Below, in pieces: positions 34,111 to 44,868 of a stretch of 64,000 nucleotides of DNA. Within the stretch, counting starts at the first letter, position 1; each line of letters begins with the position of its first letter. The notes under the pieces are model-generated. The model was not told the DNA's origin, searched no databases, and saw only the letters and a program-made list of their open reading frames with translations. The DNA is from an uncultured Nitrososphaerales archaeon (GTDB lineage: Archaea; Thermoproteota; Nitrososphaeria; Nitrososphaerales; Nitrososphaeraceae): the NCBI GenBank assembly GCA_963713605.1, contig CAVQMO010000001.1, forward strand, positions 1 to 64,000. Reading direction: 5' to 3'. A program made the position numbers and the translations under genes.

Positions 34111-34444
34111 AACTATCTTCTATAAAGATACACTTACTTTAGCTTATAACGTCTCATCAACTTTGATCAGAAGCGAATATGAAGTATGTGTGGCTTAACA
34201 AATGTATGCGAAAAATATTTGCAATAATAACAGCATTGATCGTGGGTGGAATAAGTCTTGCATCGACATATGGTATTCAGGCAGTTGATGCAACAAGGGA
34301 ACTAGAAATTCCCCTTTCGAACCAGAGTCCACTGTGATAATCATACTCGTGGTTTATATCAGATTTCGGGTAGATAGCAGTTGAATACTGAATGTGATAG
34401 ATAACAAGGTTTTTGAATAAGATCTTTGAAGATATTCTAGTAAA

Positions 34445-35536
34445 CTATGTCAAATATAGTACAGCTAAATAGGCATCAGAAAAAAAGCGCTTGTAATCGA
34501 ACTTTACAATTAAGTTAAGACAAGGCGTCAATAGCAGAAATAATTCACATATGGTTTTCAGACATTGTTGACATAATTCAACTGGAGTATTCCCATTTAT
34601 ACTGACAGTTAGGGAACTGGCAATGGGTAGAGAATTCGTGGGCGAGGATGTGGATATAGAGGGTGACGATTCTGTAGGCGAAGACATTGAGTCACTTGCT
34701 TCATCAACTCCTTTTAATTCTGATTGTACATTTTCTCCATTCTGAAGAGAGCCCCGTATTTGATTTCGGCCTGTTGTTCTGGGATCTCCGGGATTAGTAT
34801 CTAAGACAAAGAAACCATGTCTGAAAAATGTATCTTTGTTCTTGTCGGAGACTGAAGCGACGTACCATACTATAGGATCTCCACCCTTGGTCAAGACACA
34901 GTTTTTACAGAGTTCGATGTCCGGCATCCCCGGAGTTAACTTACCGGTGCCCGCCGCACGTGCTGTTGCGATCTGTTCAGGTGGATTTAATAGGGTAAAT
35001 ATGTCATCCGGATCTTCTTCGCCGGGGTTATCTTTGACTATTGCTATCGCAATTGTTTGGCCTGGAACTAAGTTTGGAGTTCCCGGCGAAACTCCGGATA
35101 GGGGTTCACCCGTTGACGGCTCAACCATGGGATCTATCCTTACAGGAATCTTTGATTCTCCCCACCTCCAGTGCATATGAACACAATCGAACTCAGAAAA
35201 ATATTTGCAGCCAGGTATGAAAATTCCTTGGTTAGAATGGGCTGTGTGAATATTGTCATAGTCGCGTGGCTGACCATCTTTTACTGCTAAAAAAGCTACT
35301 TCATTTATTATCATAGGTTGATCTCCTATATTATTAATCAAACTTGAACCAAAAGTATCAGCATCCCTGATTCTGGCTAATCCAGTATCAGAACCATAGT
35401 CCAGTTTATAAAAGGCAGCGAATCTTTTTAGATTCGGATTGGGTGAATTTGGATCATACCAATCATAGCTTACCTTGGGAACGAACCTGTAACATTCGAT
35501 GGAATTGGGTTCACAGTTATCCACTTCCTTGGACAC
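34445..35536 (-). CDS. Hypothetical protein, probably extends upstream through frameshifts
   Basis: 363-aa ORF with DCVHMHWRWG and FFRHGFF motifs. Confidence 0.6.
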   Translation of the reverse strand: MSKEVDNCEPNSIECYRFVPKVSYDWYDPNSPNPNLKRFAAFYKLDYGSDTGLARIRDADTFGSSLINNIGDQPMIINEVAFLAVKDGQPRDYDNIHTAHSNQGIFIPGCKYFSEFDCVHMHWRWGESKIPVRIDPMVEPSTGEPLSGVSPGTPNLVPGQTIAIAIVKDNPGEEDPDDIFTLLNPPEQIATARAAGTGKLTPGMPDIELCKNCVLTKGGDPIVWYVASVSDKNKDTFFRHGFFVLDTNPGDPRTTGRNQIRGSLQNGENVQSELKGVDEASDSMSSPTESSPSISTSSPTNSLPIASSLTVSINGNTPVELCQQCLKTICELFLLLTPCLNLIVKFDYKRFFSDAYLAVLYLT

Positions 35537-36001
35537 AATAACGATATCATATGCTATACTCAGGCTGCTAGTATCTCCATCATCCGTCTTGAAATCTACT
35601 CCGGAAAGTAGAGCTCGTCAACTATTTTTTTTAGAGTAGTCTGGCACAACTGTCATAACCTTATTACGAATTCTGTAGTTCTACTCGTCCTGTATGAATG
35701 TACCTCTTCCGGTGCTGCACTTGGTGTACTCCCTGTACCAAGGACTCCGAAACCACCCTTAAAGAGAGTATATGGATATTATGTATAATGCACGAGAGTA
35801 TATGTATACTACCAATATTAGGATATCATAAAGCGGGGTTGAATCATGTAGATTACGAATTTATGCTGTTTTATAATAATGATTATTATTCATGTAACAA
35901 GTCTTGTTCAATAAAATAGGATTTGTACCAGTTATCCCATTAATGGCTTTCTTCGCTAGGAGCCTGCGAAAATGAATGCTTGAGTTTGAGACGTCAGTCG
36001 G

Positions 36002-36256
36002 TTAAAGAGGTTTCATCACGTCTATTAGCCTAGCATTAGTTATGATGCCATCTTGTTCTCTAATTGTAAGATCGACCACGTATTGAAGGTTATTTAACAT
36101 AAAAGTTGTCTGTGCGTCCCATTCCTCTCTTTTTTGTTCATTAGGGAGTGAGAATAATGATCTTAGTTTTAAATTTGTAATGTCTTTTCCATACAGTGTC
36201 TCAATTGCTCCTACTGCTCGAGATTGTACATCACTTTCATTTCTAACCGCATTCAT
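36002..36256 (-). CDS. Small hypothetical protein
   Basis: 84-aa ATG ORF (WDAQTTF...Y.VDL.I.E.DG.ITNARLID). Confidence 0.65.
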   Translation of the reverse strand: MNAVRNESDVQSRAVGAIETLYGKDITNLKLRSLFSLPNEQKREEWDAQTTFMLNNLQYVVDLTIREQDGIITNARLIDVMKPL

Positions 36257-36666
36257 TGCGTATTCCTATAAGGAGAGTAACTATAAAAAAGTATTGATTT
36301 ATCATTCATTTTATAATGTTTAGCCATCAGTATAGTATTATACAATGCGTAGATTACGTTAGTATATCATTTGACAAATCTCTTTATATCTTCAATTTAC
36401 GAAAATCTAATTATTAGAGAATTATGGTCATCATAGTTCCAAAAAGGTCGGTTTAGCTTAAAATCAATGAATTCAATGTATAAAACTTAGATGCAATTGA
36501 CGAGACCAGTATCATGTCCTGCTCGTGCCGTTAATTTCCATTATCTATGAATATCTGATTCTAAATCTAGGAACGTATGGCTTGTGTATAGTCGATGAAG
36601 CGATTCGTAAACTACTTAGAAATACTTAAAAACATTATACGTGTCCTAATATTTAGCGAATAAAAG

Positions 36667-37791
36667 ATGGGAATGGAATTCTATGGGGATTCGTACAAAG
36701 GTAATGATGAGCCAATTTTTGTTGGTATACCAACTTTTCTGAAGCTACCTTGGCTTAGATCCCGTCAGGAATTAGAAAAAATAAAACCAGATGTAGCTAT
36801 AATAGGAGAGCCATTCGATTTTGGAACAACGATACGTCCTGGCGCGAGATACGGGCCACGCGCAATCCGTGCAGCCTCAACCGTGCCATCTCCTCCCTAT
36901 GAACATTTCAACATTGAAACGGGAGTGGATCCTTTTGGTGTATTTAAAACTGTAGACTATGGTGACGTTGTAGTGTCTCCTGGCGATGTCATTGAATCAC
37001 ACAGAAGAATGACAGACAAGGTCAAAGAGGTTCTGGATATCGACGGGATTCCTGTAATGTTAGGTGGAGATCACTCAATTACTTTCGCTAACGTGAGAGC
37101 ATTTGCGAAAAAGTACAAAAACATTGGTATGATTCATATTGACACTCATGCTGATTGCGCCCCTCAAGGGCTTTGCGGATTCAAATATGATCATGGGGCG
37201 CATATAAGAAGAATTATGGAGCTGGGGTGTCTAAAAGGCAAAAATTATACACTTATTGGCCCAAGAGGATACTGGCCTGGACCTTATCTCTATAAGTGGA
37301 TGGCTGACCAGGATTTCCAGTGGTTTACAATGCTGGATGTAGAAGAAATGGGAATAGATGCAATTGCTAAGGAAGCAGCCGATAGGGCAAATGATGATGT
37401 CGATGCGGTCTATATAAGCTGGGATATCGATACGTTTGACCCCGCTTATGCGCCAGGTACTGGAGAACCAGAACCTAATGGCCTTACTTCAAGAGAGGGA
37501 ATGAGATTGATGCGATTATTGTCTACTTCTTTTGATCCAGACAAGTTTGCATTTGATTTGGTAGAAGTGGCACCCAACTATGATGTAAGTGATGTCAACT
37601 CCTACAACGGAGGAATCACTTCCGGCTTGGCAAATCGACTAATTGTCGAACTTTTGGCTGGACTTTCACTCACGAAGAAAGGGGAAAAGGAAGGAAATCC
37701 TGTAAGACCAAAGTTCTATCGCGGGAAGGGACATACTTATGACTTTGGTAACGGTCCTAAAGCAGTGCCCCCAAAAAGAAACAATCGATGA
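36667..37791 (+). CDS. Ureohydrolase of the agmatinase/guanidinobutyrase family
   Basis: RPGARYGPRAIR, GGDHS, DTHAD, SWDIDTFDP, PGTGEPEPNG, DLVEVAPNYD; metal-binding motifs intact. Confidence 0.95.
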   Translation: MGMEFYGDSYKGNDEPIFVGIPTFLKLPWLRSRQELEKIKPDVAIIGEPFDFGTTIRPGARYGPRAIRAASTVPSPPYEHFNIETGVDPFGVFKTVDYGDVVVSPGDVIESHRRMTDKVKEVLDIDGIPVMLGGDHSITFANVRAFAKKYKNIGMIHIDTHADCAPQGLCGFKYDHGAHIRRIMELGCLKGKNYTLIGPRGYWPGPYLYKWMADQDFQWFTMLDVEEMGIDAIAKEAADRANDDVDAVYISWDIDTFDPAYAPGTGEPEPNGLTSREGMRLMRLLSTSFDPDKFAFDLVEVAPNYDVSDVNSYNGGITSGLANRLIVELLAGLSLTKKGEKEGNPVRPKFYRGKGHTYDFGNGPKAVPPKRNNR

Positions 37792-38171
37792 TAGATATTA
37801 AAGTCTTAGTGCGTGGGGAAATTGATACTCCTTCATTCGTAAGGATATTCCAATATCCTGATAAGGAAGAGGAATCGATATTTTTCAATTCCGTAGCGTC
37901 GATCAAGAAAAAGATTGAAAGGGGGCTCAAGATCAATGCCAACGAAACACTTGCCATTTTTTGTGCGTATGTTATCGAACAAATGAGAAAGCACAAATCT
38001 CAGGACGAAATCGAAAATGCTGCAAAAGGCATTATTTCAAGTGACCAAGCGTTGATCGGTGTTCCAGAAACTTTGAGAGAAATGAGCTTTGACGTAATTA
38101 TTGATGATTTTCCAGAACAGCGAATAAAATTCCTCGAACCTATGAAGATTAGTAATTATATGATGACTTGA
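37788..38171 (+). CDS. Divergent urease gamma-subunit-like protein
   Basis: ERGLKINANET vs UreA RGLKLNYPEA; ISSDQALIGVPETL vs LTRDDVMEGVPEMI; ATGA overlap with the ureohydrolase stop. Confidence 0.75.
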   Translation: MIDIKVLVRGEIDTPSFVRIFQYPDKEEESIFFNSVASIKKKIERGLKINANETLAIFCAYVIEQMRKHKSQDEIENAAKGIISSDQALIGVPETLREMSFDVIIDDFPEQRIKFLEPMKISNYMMT

Positions 38172-38397
38172 ACAAATTATAGGCACGACTCCACAAGTCA
38201 TAACCCATCGGTTGAAAAACCAATTCTTCATAAGACTAGAAAGAATACTTACGATAAACCAATTGCCGAGTATAACGGACATGCTTACTTGATCTTAGTA
38301 TTATCAAAGGCCAGGATCGTACGGCAATACAAAGTATCACATTGAATACCTGCAAGTCATATATAGCTTAAACTGCAAATTTCTTATCGCTCAAACT

Positions 38398-39504
38398 ATG
38401 GAATCTATTGTATTCGCGGATGGTAGCTATCAATCTTTGATGTGGATTGCTTTTGGGTTATTCGTAGGGATAGCCTTAGCCTTAGACTTAGGGATGATTG
38501 AGGGTATAAGGCGAAGAATATCTTCAAACGATAAGAACTCCATAGACAACAATGTACAGCTTCTAAGTCAGCAGGAAAGGAGCAAGAAAACATTCGAACA
38601 TGCACTGCGTTGGACTATAATCTGGATTTCGCTAGCTGGCGTATTTGCAGGTCTAATTTTCGTTAGTATGGGATATGACAAATCACTTTTGTTCCTAACA
38701 GGATACGCTATTGAAAAATCATTAAGTGTAGATAACATGTTTGTATTTGTGCTAATATTTTCATCACTTGGTATTCCATACATTTATCAGCACAAGGTAT
38801 TGATGCTTGGAATACTGAGCGCAATTGGACTGAGAATAGCCCTCATTCTCGCAGGAATTTCTCTGCTTGAATCATTTCATTGGATGATATACATTTTTGG
38901 TGGGCTATTAGTATTCACCGCAATACGAATGATAGTAGAAAAAAAGGAAAAGAAAATAGAAATTGAAAAGAACATTGCAGTAAGAATTTTGAAAAAGTTT
39001 ATTCCTATCGAGTTAAAAGGTGATACCGGCGACAAATTTCTTCATCGAGCCTCTGATGGCATAATGTATGCAACCCCAATGCTAATTGCGCTAGTGATTA
39101 TCGAGATGACAGATTTGGTGTTCGCCCTTGATTCTATTCCTGCAATCCTTGCGATCACTACAGACTCATTTCTAGTAATAACCTCTAATATATTTGCCAT
39201 ATTGGGTTTGCGGAGCCTGTACTTCCTTCTCGCGGGGATGATAGACAAATTTTACTATCTTAAGCCAGGATTGGCAGCAATACTGCTCTTCATAGGGGTC
39301 AAGATGTTAATATCCGAGTTTTACGAGATACCCGTACCTACTTCCATAGCTGTTATTTTTGGAATTCTCGGATTAGCAATTATGCTCTCGTTTGTTAGAA
39401 TCAAATATGTTTCGGTTAAGGAAGGCAGAAACAAACCAGACGGAGATGTTTCACTCGACAAGAACGATTTTGATGAGAATCGGACAAACAAGTTCTCGGA
39501 TTAG
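38398..39504 (+). CDS. TerC/Alx family metal-homeostasis membrane protein
   Basis: GYAIEKSLSVDNMFVF, QHKVL, DLVFALDSIPA, TSNIFAILGLRSLYF. Confidence 0.93.
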   Translation: MESIVFADGSYQSLMWIAFGLFVGIALALDLGMIEGIRRRISSNDKNSIDNNVQLLSQQERSKKTFEHALRWTIIWISLAGVFAGLIFVSMGYDKSLLFLTGYAIEKSLSVDNMFVFVLIFSSLGIPYIYQHKVLMLGILSAIGLRIALILAGISLLESFHWMIYIFGGLLVFTAIRMIVEKKEKKIEIEKNIAVRILKKFIPIELKGDTGDKFLHRASDGIMYATPMLIALVIIEMTDLVFALDSIPAILAITTDSFLVITSNIFAILGLRSLYFLLAGMIDKFYYLKPGLAAILLFIGVKMLISEFYEIPVPTSIAVIFGILGLAIMLSFVRIKYVSVKEGRNKPDGDVSLDKNDFDENRTNKFSD

Positions 39505-39591
39505 CCTCGGATTGGCAATCAGTAATCGTATGAGACTTCAAGTATACGAGTAATCAATAATCTCAGTTATATATATATCCACCAACATCTT

Positions 39592-40992
39592 TCACTTACC
39601 TGTTATTTTATTAAGTATTGATAATCCAATTTTTGCAGCGAAGTGATCCTTGATGTTATTTCCAAAGGTAACATTCTGCTCTCCCTTTTTTGCAACAAAA
39701 CCTATCACCGTTGCTCTAAAGTTATGTCTTCGCAATTCATCGAGGATTATATTTGAAATATCTTTAGTTGCGATAATGGTGTGACATCCATTTATCGCAG
39801 CAGTTGGGTTCATGACAAGAGCTTCATTTGAGAGTATCCTTGCAATTTCCTCAAACATCATTGGAATGTCATTGACCACAAGATGACAATTACTTATACG
39901 GGCAAGCTTCCATAGGCCAAGAATACCGTCACTACCTAATGGATGAACGGCTATTATGTTCTCGTTATCCTGCAGGGGGGTCCCAAATACAGGACAATAT
40001 TTTGAGATTATTTTTCCAAGTGAAAAATGTGGTTCACAGAGATTCTTCATACATTCATCTTTTGCAGATACCAGCTCTTGATTGTTGATGCCTTTGTTTT
40101 CTAAAGTTGCAATAATCTTCTCATCTATATGTGCTAGCGTATAAAGACTTAATGCCATCAATGAACCGAGAGGATTAGTGACAATAATCTGCATGGTCTC
40201 TTTAATCTGCTCATAATAAGTAGGTAGTTCTTTGAAGGTGTTAGCAATCCCTGTTGCCCCAAAGAACAGCTTTCCTATTTTAAGAGAACTATAATCATCC
40301 ATCTTGAGATTGTATCTAGATGTAAATGCGTCAAGGTTTTTTCTGATGGTATCAAGTGAAGATTCTTGAGGGGAATCATATATGGGATAGAGGTCAAACC
40401 CTGATGTGCATCCAAGCAAATTCAAATGATCGATGCACCGTGTCATAGGAATGTCTGTATGAAGCTCAGAATCGGGCTCTAGTGTAGGATCAATTACGTG
40501 AGCAGTAGCATTATCGGCAACCGTAAAACCTACCTTATCCCCTCTGTGCAAACCTATGTAGTCCAGCAATGCAAATTGTGCATCTCTATGCTCTGTGACT
40601 GCAGACGTGCTCCTATTAATCGAAACTTTACATCGGAAATTTTTGAAGAAATTATTGAGAATCTCCGTAAAGAATGTAGAATCGTCCTCTATCTCCTTAT
40701 GTATCCGGAACAACGCAAGGGAGTGTTTAAGATCTACCTCGTTTTCAACCGCAGGTTCACGGATGGAAAAGACCCTTCTTGTAAGATCAGGTGTTTTCCC
40801 ATCTGCATAAGGGAATGCGTCGAACCAATTTGTATCCAACTTTATAGAGCTACGTTTCATTTCTTTTACCGCTTGATCAAGTTTCCAACTATCAACTTCA
40901 TTAGAACCAGTAGTAATCCACCTCAAAGGGTCGAACCCCAATTGTCGATATTCTTCTATCCGCCGCCAAAAATCTTCAGTCAACACTGACAT
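39592..40992 (-). CDS. SelD-related (PurM/SelD superfamily) protein
   Basis: EEYRQLGFDP N-terminus, NATAHVIDP, YPIYD, KLFFGAT; resembles archaeal SelD-related putative sulfur-metabolism proteins. Confidence 0.6.
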   Translation of the reverse strand: MSVLTEDFWRRIEEYRQLGFDPLRWITTGSNEVDSWKLDQAVKEMKRSSIKLDTNWFDAFPYADGKTPDLTRRVFSIREPAVENEVDLKHSLALFRIHKEIEDDSTFFTEILNNFFKNFRCKVSINRSTSAVTEHRDAQFALLDYIGLHRGDKVGFTVADNATAHVIDPTLEPDSELHTDIPMTRCIDHLNLLGCTSGFDLYPIYDSPQESSLDTIRKNLDAFTSRYNLKMDDYSSLKIGKLFFGATGIANTFKELPTYYEQIKETMQIIVTNPLGSLMALSLYTLAHIDEKIIATLENKGINNQELVSAKDECMKNLCEPHFSLGKIISKYCPVFGTPLQDNENIIAVHPLGSDGILGLWKLARISNCHLVVNDIPMMFEEIARILSNEALVMNPTAAINGCHTIIATKDISNIILDELRRHNFRATVIGFVAKKGEQNVTFGNNIKDHFAAKIGLSILNKITGK

Positions 40993-41312
40993 CCTCCTGC
41001 ATCTCTACCAAATGCATACATATACCACCAGATATTTAAAAAACACTATTTAGTAAAGAAATCCTTTGATATTCATGAATGCATATCAACAAAAATTAGC
41101 AGGAATTTCGATTGATGAATAGAATCATAATGACAAAACCATGCGCCAACACAAGTTTTGATCTCCTATTCATAAAATTGATACCCGATCTTATCATTAT
41201 GCAGGTATCATTGAGAGCAGGCTACGTCAATTTGAAAGTAGGCATTAAATACTAATATACATGGTTTACCTCCGAGAAGTTATCACAAAGGCCAAAAGAG
41301 TTTGTATCTAGA

Positions 41313-42017
41313 TTGATGGACGCCAATGTTGGAAACAGTGATTCAAAGGAGAAGCTTCTGGAGATTAATACAAGAGTAACTATGTGTCAGATGTGCCCGA
41401 GGTTATCGGAGCATATAAAATTAATTTCATCAAACATACCAAAACGGTTCGGAAATGATCTTTACTGGGCAAGACCAGTTCCCAGCTTTGGAGATGCGAA
41501 TGCAAGGTTACTAATAATCGGACTAGCACCGGCAGCCCATGGTGGAAATAGAACAGGACGCATGTTTACAGGTGATAGCTCGGGAGACTGGGTCGCCAAG
41601 GCATTGTTCCAAACGGGGTTTGCCAGCTCTTCTGTCAGTCAGTGCACGAATGACGGATTTGCACTAAAGGATGCATATATTACTGCAGTAGTACGCTGTG
41701 CACCCCCTTACAATCGGCCCAATTCGTCTGAAATAGCAAACTGTGCTCACTATCTGAGGTCTGAATTGGATTCACTTAATAAAACAGTCAAGGTCATCGT
41801 CACTCTCGGGCATATTGCGTTTCAAACATATTGCAAGCTTATCGGCATCACTGCAATAGAGTTTCACCACGGGGGTAAGTTCAATATCAAAGGCAGCAAG
41901 GTTCTTTTATCGTCATATCATCCAAGTAGGCAGAATACTAATACTGGAAGATTAACCTGGAGAATGTGGATACGAATCTTTGAAACTGCTAAGATGATTC
42001 TAGATTCTCAGGATTAG
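41313..42017 (+). CDS. udgB: Uracil-DNA glycosylase family 5 with 4Fe-4S motif
   Basis: CQMCPRL, GLAPAAHGGNRTGRMFTGD, VRCAPP, YHPSRQNTNTG. Confidence 0.92.
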   Translation: MMDANVGNSDSKEKLLEINTRVTMCQMCPRLSEHIKLISSNIPKRFGNDLYWARPVPSFGDANARLLIIGLAPAAHGGNRTGRMFTGDSSGDWVAKALFQTGFASSSVSQCTNDGFALKDAYITAVVRCAPPYNRPNSSEIANCAHYLRSELDSLNKTVKVIVTLGHIAFQTYCKLIGITAIEFHHGGKFNIKGSKVLLSSYHPSRQNTNTGRLTWRMWIRIFETAKMILDSQD

Positions 42018-42266
42018 TAACCAATGAAGTCCCGATAAAATTTATAAAGTGACATATTTCAAGTTGACCATGTCTTCTTTTCAAGTCTATGTTAGGCGAT
42101 TATTATCTCGTAGCTACATCCGCAAATCTTGGCGATTTGTGTAGCCAATCCAGGCACTACTGAAATAATTTATTATGTTTATATTTAGATTTCTCGAGCA
42201 GCTCTATATGCACATTTCAAACAGCAAATAGTTCACTCATAATCCCAAACAGTCATTTTGACTAGC

Positions 42267-43736
42267 TTATGCACTCAACTTCTCCAAAGATAGATTTAAC
42301 GTATTCCTTCCTAGCAATAAAACTACTATGGCTGCAACAAAACTAAATGAAGAGAGCCCAACCATCAAATTGAAAAATCCGAAAATTACAAGCATGATAA
42401 AGACAAAAGGACCAATTGTGGCAATTAGCCTACCAGTACCTTCAACAATTCCAGAGCCTGTGGAGCGAATCTCGGTAGGAAAATATTCTGCTGTGTAGGT
42501 TAAGAGATTCGAAATCATCCATGCGTTAGCCCCAAATGCTATGAAACTGGAGATAACCAATCCAACGTAATCATGAATGAATATACCTCGTAGGATAAAT
42601 GCCAACCCCATCATAATGCATGAAAATGCGATTTGATACTTTCTTTCAATTCTGTCTGCAACAATAAGAGAACATATGCCTCCAGCCACAAACCCCGAAC
42701 TTGCGATCATGTTCACAGATATGGATTCTGTGATATCATATCCTTGGTTAGTATATTCAACAACCAATAGAAGTGAAGCGTAAATCGGTATAAGCGCAAG
42801 AGACCAAATGGCTGACAGTATGAAAATCCTGCCAAAAACGAGTCTCCTATTAGTAACAAATTTCTTAAATAGAAGACTTAGATTCTTAGTTGCCCCACGA
42901 CTCGAGCTGTTTAGTCCTTTTTTGTCATCCTGTCCAATTTCCTTTGTGACATCTGAGACCTTATTTGACGTATTTTCCGTTTCAGAGTGATTTACAACTC
43001 CATGACGTGTAATCGGATCTAAACCAAGCTTGATAAGTAGTCTATTCGCTTCCTTTGTTTTACCCTTAGATATAAGCCATCGAAGGGACTCTGGCATACC
43101 CATTCTTAGAATTAGTGCAATCAGGGCTGGTACTACTGCTATCGCCAGAATTATTCGCCAACTCTCTATCTGGACTACATTGCCGATTTCGCTTTCGAAC
43201 AGTGCAAAAGAAATGGGCCCCGATAGAGCAATACCTGTCCACCCGAAAAAAACTATCAGTGAAGTGTATCTACCTCTCTTTGACTTTGGTGATATTTCTC
43301 CGATGTATGTCGTTACAATTGCAATCTCTGAGCCAATTCCAATGCCTGTAATCAATCTAAATATGACCATCTGAGTCATATTTTGTGCTGACGCCGACAG
43401 GATGGAACCTGCTGCCAAGATCAGAACTGAAATTATGAGCGCGGGTTTTCTTCCATAGAGATCCGCATAGATTGTAATGAGGACTGCACCTATAACATAT
43501 CCCAAAACTGTTAAAGATGCGCCGAGAGCGATCTCTGAATCTTGAACATTCCAGCTCTGCTTCAACATTGGGGATATGTATGCATAATTTGAAAAATCAT
43601 AATAAGTAAAAAAGCTAGCCAGACTTAAGGCCAATAAGACGCCAGTACTAATAGGTAATTTGTGTAGAGAATCTATTCTTGTTCCTAATTGAGATATCAG
43701 GAATTCAGTGTCATCTGAATCAGATGATGGCGGCAT
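42267..43736 (-). CDS. MFS transporter
   Basis: ADLYGRK, EISPKSKRG, PESLRWL, EYFPTEIRSTG. Confidence 0.92.
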   Translation of the reverse strand: MPPSSDSDDTEFLISQLGTRIDSLHKLPISTGVLLALSLASFFTYYDFSNYAYISPMLKQSWNVQDSEIALGASLTVLGYVIGAVLITIYADLYGRKPALIISVLILAAGSILSASAQNMTQMVIFRLITGIGIGSEIAIVTTYIGEISPKSKRGRYTSLIVFFGWTGIALSGPISFALFESEIGNVVQIESWRIILAIAVVPALIALILRMGMPESLRWLISKGKTKEANRLLIKLGLDPITRHGVVNHSETENTSNKVSDVTKEIGQDDKKGLNSSSRGATKNLSLLFKKFVTNRRLVFGRIFILSAIWSLALIPIYASLLLVVEYTNQGYDITESISVNMIASSGFVAGGICSLIVADRIERKYQIAFSCIMMGLAFILRGIFIHDYVGLVISSFIAFGANAWMISNLLTYTAEYFPTEIRSTGSGIVEGTGRLIATIGPFVFIMLVIFGFFNLMVGLSSFSFVAAIVVLLLGRNTLNLSLEKLSA

Positions 43737-44868
43737 ATTCCACTCATATAAAATGCATTGATATAAATACCTTGAAAATCATTTTGTTCCAATTGAGACA
43801 ATTGTCTGTCAAAATTTGGCGATCCGCTAAAATAAATTCCTGAACTTCAAAGTAATACGACATGCAATTGACATAACACGATGACTATTGCAATCATGTA
43901 GTTATTAATCTCCTATTTTATCTAAACTCTGATAGTCCACTTCTCAGCATTTGATATGGAATACTAACTAATTATCGGCCTCAGGGACCCATACGTAAAT
44001 ATGGCTGTCAGTCACTATTTTATGTGAAGCACTTTCACGTTAATTTTAAACCTATGGTTACCAATTCTTAGAAAACTATACACCATAAGATACATTACAG
44101 ATAGATAATCACGAGCTACTGTAGTATCATAATATGCTTTAAATTGAGAATCTGCGCCGGTTTCTCTAATCGATCTGCGCTGTAATGGACATTGATACAA
44201 GTTAGCTTTCCGAGATAGAATATGAGACTAACTGATGAGAAGGCTAGTATTATTATTTTAACGGTAGAAACAGAATGTTAAAATTTTAGGTAGAGTTATG
44301 TAACCATACCTTTATATCACCAGACGGATATCGACGCACATTTAGTCGATTTGTAACTACTTTATTATTATTAGTCTGTGATCTATGACTATTTTCTCTG
44401 CTATTCGGATCTATTAACACTTACGACACCTACCAGGCGGTGAACTTCATTACTCTAACGGTTTTACTCTGAGTAGCAATAAGTATGTGATAATGTATTT
44501 GCGACCTTCTGGATAAGACATTAAAGTGGATATATCTAGCTTCTGATAGGCAAATTTCCTTTTAAGCAGGAATATATCTGCCTTTTTGCCACAATTGTGT
44601 GAGTACTTACCTTCCATCTCTATTCTCAATACTCATGCATACCTTGCAAATCGTGGTTTGTGCTTAGTTCAAAATATTCGTCAAGTTGCAAATCGGCAAT
44701 CAAGTATAATCTCTACATTTTAATTTTTTATATCTCCATTAATAATATATCTATGATCTGCTTTCATGCCAACAAAATTGATGAACTTTTAGCTAAAAAC
44801 ATGAAAATTATCTAATGCGCGATGTTTATATCTTGCGAATGAATACTAATGACTGCACATTTTAGAAA

